The notes beneath the pieces are model-generated. The model worked only from the letters and a program-made list of their open reading frames with translations, was not told the origin of the DNA and did no database searches. Below, piece after piece: positions 53,950-64,000 of a stretch of 64,000 bases of DNA (within the stretch, counting starts at the first letter, position 1; each line of letters begins with the position of its first letter). Position numbers and translations under genes: made by a program. Source of the stretch: Macrostomum lignano. Its lineage: Eukaryota. The stretch is from contig NIVC01001954.1 of assembly GCA_002269645.1 (NCBI GenBank), forward strand, positions 154,792 through 218,791, written 5' to 3'.

Positions 53950-56900
53950 ATGTCTATTGTGAATCCTGGCTTGATGCAGTTCACTCAGATTAAAGATAGC
54001 CGCTGGCTAACGCTTGAAGTCTGCCGGGAATACCAGCGAAACAAGTGCTCGCGCACCGAGAACGAATGCAAATTCGCCCATCCACCGGCCCACTTGGAGG
54101 TGCAGAATGGCAGGGTCGTCTGTTGTTACGACTCGTTAAAGGTAAAGAATCTTTAATATTGGTTTTAATATTGTAGTAACGCTTGCTTAGCGTGAATATA
54201 AATATCAATAACTAAAAAGAAGTAAGGCGACTTATTTCCTAAATAAAAATTTTATTGCTATTCAATAAAAGTTAAACTAAGTTAAAGTAGTGAAATAGTC
54301 GCCGAGCTATCACGCGTACGCGCGCATATATTCAAAATGAGCATTCTTATGACAATTACAATAACAACCATTGTTTCTCTTAACCTTGTCCTTACGGATT
54401 CTCACTCGTATATTCAAAACTACCACCCCCAATACCGGAGACTATAGTCTAATAATAAGAGTTATAAGACTATGGTATGGAATGGGACCTCCCCTGCACA
54501 AGTAGATATTGAATATTCACGGACCACGCGTGCATGGCCAAGTCCACACTGCCAATTATTTAAGACAATAAAAATTAATGAAATCGCTTGACTTCCGTCC
54601 TGACTCTCCTCGAAGCGAGCGTAATGGGAAATTCGCAACGCAAAGCAATAAAAATCAGCTGTATGGTTTTTTTATTTTTAAGTGATCGCCGCTTGAATAC
54701 TAGATAAAATGTTACCAAGTCAAGTCAAGGAAGGGCTGTAGTATTCATAGGACTGCTTCCCAAATTCTAACTGCTAGAATCTAGACCGTTTAGCTACCAG
54801 GGCTGGTTCTGTACTTCACTGAATAACTGAGCCTCTCTAGACTTGTACTATTCTAACAGGTCTCAATTTAAATCTCCAAGCGCTTTTCCTTCAATTTTCT
54901 TAGCTTATCTATTCTACGAGTAAATCCAGTGTTGTGTCTTGCGTCGTTTTGTGATTGTGACAGACAGACATTTCCCGGCCAAGGCCTTCTTAAGTTCTTA
55001 ATAAAGCTTAGTGCGATAAGATAATCGTTTAGAATTATAGACTGAGTGCCGCGGCCCTGTCCAATTGTATTTTGTTTTAAGCATGGGCTTATCCACCACA
55101 CTGAAACTACGCATACGCATACAGGGTTACAGCAGGATTTTAAGTTCTGCTCTGTTAGCGTCACCTTTACCTGAACCGAGTCCTAACAGACATATAGTTA
55201 CAAACTTACAGTTACAATTACAAAATTTCAACCAAATATTTTGCCGTTTGCGTTATTTACAGAATATAAGTAATGATTACATGGCAACTGGCAACTGGCA
55301 ATGCAGTGATTCACAAATTTTTGTAGTCGTAAAAAATTCCTACTAGCTCACAGACAGCCTCATAACTCACAAGGTCTCATGGGCATTTTTAGAACGAATG
55401 CTAAATCGTATTACAATTCTATGGATGAAAAAGTTTGCTTCTTCTAGTGGAATATAAATTCTTTTACTGTGTTGTGTTCGTGTTTTCTCTGCAGGGCAAA
55501 TGCCAGCGCAAAGAACCACCGTGCAAGTACCTGCATCCGCCGCAGCACCTGCGCGAGCAGCTACTGCAGAATGGGCGCAACAATCTCATCATTAAGAACA
55601 TACAGATGCAGATGCTATCTCACAATTTGGCGCTCAACGGTCAGCTGATTCCGATTACGGGGTAAGTATTCGGCTTGCTTATTCTCGTTCTCACCTGTAC
55701 AGGGGGCGTCACATGTATTATATGGGGACAAAACCATGAATCCTAAATGAAAGTTTTCTAAATTATTTTGTGAATCGTAGTCGTACACACACATAACAAA
55801 ATTGTTTATTTCCATAATGGATCACTTAGCACTAGGTGGAGCGGGGGTAAAGCCTTGGCATGTCCCCCCATAGCTTTTACTCGCGGTATTGTAACTTGTT
55901 TTCGATTTCAACGCTCCTTTTGTCAAGTTGGCCCTGAATAAAACCGGATAAACAAGGTTAACTAATAATACTTTCATTGTAATGATATTATTAATCTAGT
56001 ACTGTGGGCGAGTATATATATGGTCTTATCATTTACTACAAAATAAAATCGTTCCTTATCACGATCGTTAAAAGAGGGGCGCTGGATTTTTATTGCTCGC
56101 TTTTAAACCCTCCGTAGCCCATACACGAGTAACAACCACTTTAGTTTACCATTATCTGTGTTAGTTAAGGCTTCTTATTTTTCAGGCTGGTATTCCTAAA
56201 CGGCGCTTTTGGCCTAAAATTTTACAAGCCTACCCTGGGATTTTACTAACTCAGACAGAGCCCCACAGGGCCCCACACCCCCAATACTGTTGTACATGTA
56301 GTATTGGCGGACTTGGTCTTAACTTGATCACTGATAGAGTATAGATGGATATAACATTGTGTACGCGCTTAAATCAACCAACGGATCAACAATTAGGCCT
56401 GGGAAGGCATGTAAGATCGGTTTTCTCTAACGTACGGGTCGGGTACGGGAGAAGGTTCATACAGCTTCAAAAACTGATTAAATTAGTCGTATTAAACTCT
56501 CGTCTAAAAATCAGTTTTAAACACTAGCCTTCTCTGTCTGTCTGCTTGGCACAATTTCCTAATTATTAAACCTGTCTCTAAATAAACTTGTGTATGCTTA
56601 GATAGATTGTCGAAAAATGAAAATATCAGCTTTGCATCGTAAAAATCTACACTATACTAATCCTGTTTAACTTCCGTGTTCAACTCAGGAAGCTGGATGC
56701 AGCATCCATTTCCCTGCTCAATCCCGAATCCGAGTCATCCCGAGATAAAAGGGCGGCTATTTATTAGTTGGCGCATCATCTCGCTTTTCCTGTTTGCCCC
56801 ATCCCAACTCAACTCAAGCCCTATCTCAAACCTCAACTCTCGAGCTTTGTTTGTCACAGGAAAAAACTGAGTCGCGTTCAAATTCAATTGCGAAAAAGGC

Positions 56901-59637
56901 CGCCCAAGGGGGGGGCGCCGCTGGATATTAAGAGGAGATGCAGATAGAGATTGGCCGACTGCGTTTTGATCCAACGGGGCTCCCTTAACGATATCTCAGT
57001 TTCAAATCGACCTAACCTACCCCCATTTTTTTCTCGCTACAAACTCGCCCACACTGACACTCGTTTTTCCACTCCGTCTCTTCCTCTTTCCCAGCTCTCT
57101 TACCATCCCGACTCCCCTTCTCACCCCAGCAGCCATCTCGCGCTCTCTGCATAATTGCATTGCGGGGCCCAGCTAGTAAACCCAATTAGATTTGTTGCTA
57201 GAGTTCTGGGGCGGCGGCGTCGATCTCGCGCCGGCATAAACATAGCACACTACTGGGGGGGGGGGCTTGGATTTTGAGCCTGCTCTGCTGGCCTGCCTGG
57301 TCTGGACTGTGGACTGGGGTAGGGGGAGGAGGCTGGCTTGGGCTGCATGATGGGGCAGACAGAGAGATAGCGAAATAAATTCATTCAGCAGTTCAAAGAA
57401 ACTGTGGTTGGGGGGAGGGCTAGGTTTCGTCTCTCCTTCCCTGGGATGAGGAGGGGAGGTTGACTTCACTCCTCCTTGGCCCGGCTTCACTCACTCCTTA
57501 AAACACTGACGTCACCTACTCAACTGCTTCTCAGCTATCGACAGTTCGGTACTTGAAGCTATATTGCCTGAAAATGCCGAATATGTAACCCCCCCCCAAA
57601 AATGACATCCCAATCTCCGCTCCCGTTAATGCCGGATTTGATCCTAAAGCGTCATTTTTCACTGCCGATGCCATTTTCGTCTTTTAGTAAATCGCAAACG
57701 AAGGCAAAGCTGGCGGCAAATAAGAAAAATCCTTTTGTAGGAGGTGAATGTCGACCTGTGACCTATGAGTCATTCGTCGCTGGTATTATCGCATATTTTG
57801 TTAGGTATGATTCCATAGTGAGTCAAACTGAGTCAGCTGAAAGACATTTATCTATCTCCCGATGGGACAGCAAAACAGGAAATACAGGAGGCGAGAATGT
57901 CAGCGATATTGAGAAATGAGTACCCAGATTTTAGTTAATTAAATTTGCAGTTTTGTGCCTCCAGGCAGAGGGGCTGATAAGCTTCACTCTCTCCTACCTG
58001 AGTATCCTGCTCCATCCGCCTCGCAATCTCTTTATCGATTCAATTTCTTCGTTTTCATACTGTTAAAAGTGGAACAAGGATTCGATTTAGATGGATTTAA
58101 TCCCTTAGGCAGAGTAGCCATGGTTTCCTTTGTTGCTTCTCAGCGTCTCTTGTTGCGCTTTATCTCATTTAGTTTCTGCTGTGTGGTGTCCCATTTTATT
58201 CGTCCACATGTGCGAAAGAGCTGCAAAGTCCTAAGTCTTCCGGATTAAAGGATTAAACAGTCCAAATCAGAGTCTATTAGTAGCTAGATATTGTACAAGG
58301 GTAGATATAAATAAGGAGACAAATAAATATGTATCTACATAAAGCAGCTGCTCACACACAGCGGACTCAGATAGCTACAGGATAGAGCTGAGTGACTTTG
58401 CTCACAAAGAATTGACGGAGAACGAGAGAGAGAGATGATGGAGGTTTGGGGAGGATGCTGAGTGAGCAGCACTGACTGTCTCTACTGCTGCCTCTTGTTT
58501 TGAAAACCCCCCTTCATCATCCCTTCTCAGGCTTAGCTGCTTTTCTCCACTTTGCTCTCCTGGCGTTCTTCTCCCGTCCGCTAACATATTTGCTTCATCT
58601 CTACCGAAATCTTCGTCAACCTGAGCCCGCCTCTCCTCTTGTCCCGGCTTCGATCTTGGGGCCATTGGTGTGTGCTAGGGTTTCAGCTCAAAGAGGCTGG
58701 GTAGCCTCCGTGTGTGTGTGTGCGCGCAATGTCCATATAGCCAGTCCGCGTAGATTACTGGGCCAGGTGCAATCCATGCAGGTCCAGTTTGATGAGGCGC
58801 AGTTTGTTAAATTGTGCATATTAATAAGTTTTAACTAATCATCGGATCGGAGGCTTTAGTGTTTGTTTATTTAACTTACAGTCATAACTTTAAAGGATTA
58901 GAGAATTGCGATTTGATCAATAGGAACTGGGATTTGACCAGTAGGAACTGGGATGTGATCAGTAGGAACTGGGATTTGACGAGACGGAACTGGGATTTGA
59001 CTAGTAGGAACTGGGATTTGACCAGTAGGATCTGGGATTTTACCAGTAGGAACTGGGATTTTACCAGTAGGAACTGGGATTTGACCAGTAGGAACTGGGA
59101 TGTGATCAGTAGGAACTGGGATTTGACGAGACGGAACTGGGATTTGACTAGTAGGAACTGGGATTTGACCAGTAGGATCTGGGATTTTACCAGTAGGAAC
59201 TGGGATTTGACCAGTAGGAACTGGGATTTTACCAGTAGGAACTGGGATTTGACCAGTAGGAACTGGGATTTGAAATGCAACTATGCCTTCCCCCATCCCA
59301 CAATTTGCAGCCGCTAATCAACAGCGGCATGGCGGCCGCGGTCACCTCGGCGCCGACCTACACCGGCTACCTGGGCACCGGCGGCCTGCCAGTCATGTCC
59401 GCCGCCGCAGCCGACGCTCTTCTTAGCGGAGGGCCGCCGCCACCCCCGCCGCCGCCGCCGCCGCAGTCTCAGACGGCGTCCCTGCAACAGCATCAGCAGC
59501 AGCAACAACATCAGCAACAACATCAGCAACAGCAGCAGCAGCAGCAGAGCATGAACGGAATCAACGGAGCTGGCGGCGGTGGCGGCAACAGCGGAGGAGG
59601 CAGCGCCGGCCAAGGCATGAAGCTTGACAATCGAGAT
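53950..59637 (+). CDS. mbl: Muscleblind-like CCCH zinc-finger splicing regulator, 5' part (gene continues past the window)
   Basis: Exons 53950-54141 ([32 protein letters not shown]), 55495-55661 ([29 protein letters not shown]) and 59311 or 59325 to 59637 (Ala/Pro/Gln-rich linker ending MKLDNRD|GTGAGT). Canonical ZnF1-ZnF2 pair. Confidence 0.95.
58915..59270. repeat. 21-bp minisatellite with a 147-bp (7-unit) higher-order repeat
   Basis: TAGGAACTGGGATTTGACCAG; variant GGATGTGATC recurs at 58951 and 59098. Confidence 0.95.
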
Positions 59638-59700
59638 GTGAGTTTTCAAATCCTGGTGTTCACCTAGAGCAGCTATGGGGATCACTAATTAGTTTTGAGA

Positions 59701-60199
59701 CTTATCTAAAACAGCAACGATTGCTTCACCGCCGCACAACGCAAGTTTCAAGCTTTTAAAGGGAGTCTAGTTTGTTTGCTAAACCAGCCCCGCTTGACTA
59801 GCTCTGCTGGCTAATGGTTTTAATTTGTGATTTTTAATTGCTTACTTTTTATCAGTTTTTTAAGCGATAGCTTAGTATGGCCGTATGGGTATTGCGGTTT
59901 GGGTTGACTGGAGCTAATAAATCCCCTCAGATTATTGAATTGAGCAGCTATAATAGAATCCATTTCTAACGATAAATGTTGTTGCCAAATTACCTAGATC
60001 TGCGTTTTTAGCCTGCAAATTTAATTGGCTGGATAATCATGACTGTATTATTTATATATTTAATAACCGCCGCTTGCAATTCGCTTAATTTAGTTACATG
60101 TAGGATGACTAATTAAATATCTATACTTTTTATATTCGCTTTGTACGTGCCGCTTTGCTGCATATGAGCGTAAGTTGCTATAACTTTTGCCTTTCGTAG
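59701..60199 (+). promoter_or_regulatory. YGCY cluster (candidate MBNL autoregulatory element)
   Basis: 16 YGCY motifs counted by hand in ~500 nt of AT-rich intron just downstream of mbl exon 3. Confidence 0.4.
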
Positions 60200-60634
60200 G
60201 ATAGATTTACGAGCTATCAACTTATAACTAAATATGTGCGTCAGAACTACTTACATGTATTATATATATTATTAATACTATACTTACTCCCTATTATTAA
60301 CAAATTTGTATAGACCGCTATGCGGGCCCGCCATCCATCAGGCTTAGGGCCAATTTTTACCCCAATGATTTTTCCGGCTGAACCTAGAAAAAATGCTGAT
60401 ACCAGTAATGGGGGTTTGACCGGAATTTGCATGTAAATTTTCCTATTGGAATTGCAATCCCGGAATGAGTCCTCCGAGGTTAGCGTCTAGATAGCATTTA
60501 CGGGGAATGAAGGATTTGCTGATTGTCGGATTGGAATAATGGGTGCCGGGATCTGGTGTGCGATTTCCAAATCAATAATATTCCCAATCCCAAAGCAAGT
60601 TCGAGCTCGTTTGGGGCGCCTAAATGAGATGAGA

Positions 60635-61380
60635 CGCCCAGCACGGGTGAGATTTCAGTGTCAGAGACACCCAGCACAGGGTGAGATTTCAGTGTCAGAG
60701 ACACCCAGCACAGGGTGAGATTTCAGTGTCAGAGACACCCAGCACAAGGTGAGATTTTAGTGTCAGAGACACCCAGCACAAGGTGAGATTTCAGTGTCAG
60801 AGACACCCAGCACAGGGTGAGATTTCAGTGTCAGAGACACCCAGCACAGGGTGAGATTTCAGTGTCAGAGACACCCAGCACAGGGTGAGATTTCAGTGTC
60901 AGAGACACCCAGCACAGGGTGAGATTTCAGTGTCAGAGACATCCAGCACAGGGTGAGATTTCAGTGTCAGAGACACCAGCACAGGGTGAGATTTCAGTGT
61001 CAGAGACACCCAGCACAAGGTGAGATTTCAGTGTCAGAGACACCCAGCACAGGGTGAGATTTCAATGTCAGAGACACCCAGCACAGGGTGAGATTTCAGT
61101 GTCAGAGACACCCAGCACAAGGTGAGATTTTAGTGTCAGAGACACCCAGCACAGGGTGAGATTTCAGTGTCAGAGACACCCAGCACAGGGTGAGATTTCA
61201 GTGTCAGAGACACCCAGCACAGGGTGAGATTTCAATGTCAGAGACACCCAGCACAGGGTGAGATTTCAGTGTCAGAGACACCCAGCACAGGGTGAGATTT
61301 CAGTGTCAGAGACACCCAGCACAAGGTGAGATTTTAGTGTCAGAGACACCCAGCACAGGGTGAGATTTCAGTGTCAGAGA
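60635..61380. repeat. 34-bp minisatellite in an mbl intron
   Basis: CCAGCACAGGGTGAGATTTCAGTGTCAGAGACAC units, ~22 copies. Confidence 0.97.
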
Positions 61381-61809
61381 CCGGAATATACGACTTGAGA
61401 CTCTAGACTCGTGCTCTCACATCAGTAAGGCTTTGGCAGAGAATGAGCATCCTTGAATATAGGGTTAGGCCAGTTAGCTACTCTGAATGCCTTAGCAGTG
61501 CTCACACCGGCTAGCTCAAAATCCAATGCCGATGCTCTTTTTACGTTTAGAAAGCGCGCGACTGACGCGCCGCAAAAGCGAGCGCGCCGCAAACAGATGG
61601 AGCAGCAGAGGCAGGGAGAGAAGCTAAAGGGAACAGAGTCGTGAGTGGGCTCTTATACCGGGTACTCAGCCGAAAGCGGGTCACAAGTTAGGTGGGGGGG
61701 GGGTACATTTTGGAGCAGTCGCAGCTTTCTCTTGCGCTATGCAGTTGAGGTTGGCCATGAGCTAGCTCTCATGAATAAATCAAATTTTACGGCAGTATGC
61801 AATTTTAAC

Positions 61810-61925
61810 CCTTATCTCTCTCTTCCCCTTCATCTCTCCCCTTCATCTCTCTTCCCCTTCATCTCTCTCCCCTTCATCTCTCTTCCCCTTCATCTCTCTT
61901 CCCCTTCATCTCTCTTCCCTTCATC
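61810..61925. repeat. CT-rich short tandem repeat
   Basis: CCCCTTCATCTCTCTT-type units. Confidence 0.9.
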
Positions 61926-62249
61926 TCCGCCTCTTTTCGTCCGCTTCAGTGTATGTGCAGTTTATGCAAAGCGCCGCTTTCTAAGCGTTTATTTGTAGCA
62001 ATTGGCCAATAGCGGCTTTTAATTAATGGCGAACGTTTTTTCACAATTGGCAAAGTACCATTTTGGGGGGGAGGTTGTGGCTGATTTGCCCTTTAATTGT
62101 ACCTTACTAGTCAATGCCACTAAAGAATCATAGTTTAGCTCTTGATAACTGTGTGCTTTCAAGGTCAAATGCGTTTTATGTCTTTCAAAGGCTCTGTTCT
62201 GTCTTCTGAGTCTCACTGAACCTCTCTGCCTCAAAGAGACTTTCTATGA

Positions 62250-62490
62250 CTATGACTATGATTCCCTCTATGATTATAACCCCCTTCATGACTCTATACC
62301 CCCCCATGACTCTACTTTGTATAATCTTTTTCATGATTCAATGATTCCCTCCTTAATTCCTTATTCCCTCCTCCTCAATCTATAACCCCCTCCATGAATC
62401 TATAATCCCCATGATTTTATAACCCCTCCATGACTATAATCTTCTTCATGACTCAATGATTCCCTACATGAATCTATAACCCCCTCCATG
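62250..62490. repeat. Degenerate ~20-bp repeat
   Basis: CTATAACCCCCTCCATGA-like units. Confidence 0.75.
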
Positions 62491-64000
62491 ACTCCCCTCT
62501 ATCCATTTCCCATTCCTTCCTTTTTATTACTTTTTCCATCAATATATTTTTGTATTATTTATGATTATTTCTGCTCATCGATAAGAGCAAAGGAAATCTG
62601 GGAGTGGCGGGGGGGGGATTTTCGGGTGCTGCTCACATTCGGTACACACAAGATAGCGAATTCGTAAGAAGGCAATAAAAATGACTTCACACTAGGAGGG
62701 TCGGTCATTCGTCGAAATACAAACAGTGAACTGGTTGATAGATACCGCGCAAGTCTGCAGTTCGACTCCCCTCTGCAGCGCCCCCTTACCTCCCGGCCAT
62801 TATCCGCAGCAGCAGCAATCTGGGAACCTCGGCAGTAAAACAAACCGAAAGCCTCTCTAAAAAAAACCCACTCGCAATCGAATAGATAAGCTGAAGCCAG
62901 ACTCAACTGTAATATGTTTGTGCGTGTGTGGTGCGGTAAAATTGCTATGCCGCACAAGCGCACAGACTGAGAGCTGTTATCTCGCCTCTACAAAATGCAG
63001 TCATATTGCTGGTATATAAGAGTCATAGCTGTAACTAGTTAGTCAGAGAGATACAGAGCAATTCCTAGAGTCGCTATTAACCCATTGAGGACAAATTGTG
63101 TATCCTAGCTATACACTGCTACAAAGTTGAATAACTTGGAGTTCGGTATTATAGTTTAGCTATCTAGTGAGCTAATCCGCTTGCCGTGTGGTCCTAGTCA
63201 AGCTGTATGAATCAAGCTTGCCAAATGTCAGGAACGCACAATATAATAAAGAGACGAAACAATGCATTATATGCGAGACTAGCTAGCCGCTACTATAGAC
63301 ATAGATCGAGTTTTTGCTCTGGCCTTCTTCCTTCCTCCGGTTCTTCTGTCTGTTAAGCCTCTAATTCTGCTCTCGGGTGTGCTGAAGGCGCCAGGTGTGC
63401 GAGCTGAGTAGCTATGCAAGGGGGATCTAACTGGAGTAAACTGCCGAGTGTCTGTGTAACTCTTCAGTAGACCCGCGATATCCGAGGATACCATTACCCC
63501 CCCCCCCCCCCAACTTCTCCGGTTGTGAAGTGCGGGTGAGCCCGAAAGCGCGGAGAGAGAGGTAAAAGGGGAAATTGCTGCATTGCAGGTCGCCTGACGC
63601 GCGGTGACCCCTTCACAAGGCGCCCCTAAGCCAGTCAGATTATTTGACTCTTCTCTCACTCGCAATTTTCTCTTTTATTCTGTCCAGCACCGTGTTGGCG
63701 CCGTTTAGTGAGTAGCTATGGGTAAGAAATGGCGATATGATCAGGCTGCTTCGCATAATGCCCGTGTTTCTTCCCAACTCCAGTAGGATTTTGGGGGAAG
63801 TGGACGTAGGTGGGATCTGGTTGGCAAAGGAATTGTCAGTTTGTTCAGACTACGACAACGGCACTCCTGCCTTATGGATAAGATTCTATTGGGAGCGACA
63901 CGTTAAAGGTGGAATGGGCGTCTGAAAATGCCTGGTTGAAGGCGGGTTGCTATCAAATTTACAACTTCGGGTCTACATGTCTGGCAGTGACCTTACAGTT

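Noticed and set aside
58402-58665. 87-aa acidic ORF antisense in mbl intron 2
   Set aside because: Complement of a pyrimidine-rich tract; no homology signal or splice support.
63690-64000. TGGCGCC PBS-like motif and ORF fragments suggesting an LTR element
   Set aside because: No LTR terminal CA, no gag/pol motifs, multiple stops.

Overview
Eukaryotic, intron-rich animal DNA with no prokaryotic features. The GC-rich Ala/Ser/Gln-rich exons and minisatellite-filled introns resemble the flatworm Macrostomum; this species assignment is an inference. Three multi-exon genes can be assembled by hand from splice signals and conserved motifs: (1) a PPP1R16A/B (MYPT3/TIMAP)-like ankyrin PP1 regulatory subunit on the minus strand, 21277 to 3834; (2) a CEP350-like centriolar gene on the plus strand, about 37196-51011, with a one-base frameshift in its largest exon and no CAP-Gly domain; (3) the 5' part of a muscleblind (mbl/MBNL) gene on the plus strand, from 53950 and continuing beyond the window. 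A small orphan ORF (705-1103, minus) looks like a secreted prepropeptide. Mobile DNA: a DD34D mariner with a scrambled N-terminus, a 1.5-kb Foldback/MULE-like element with ~480-bp TIRs and a 9-bp TSD, a 2.7-kb TIR element with an 8-bp TSD, and dispersed or direct repeats bearing CpG-decay signatures. About 18 kb (~28%, summed by hand) is minisatellite, with an array in 15 of 18 introns. Some array families recur at separate loci, and one has an unamplified 'seed' copy. Most long ORFs in the supplied track are tandem-repeat artefacts. Array boundaries are approximate.
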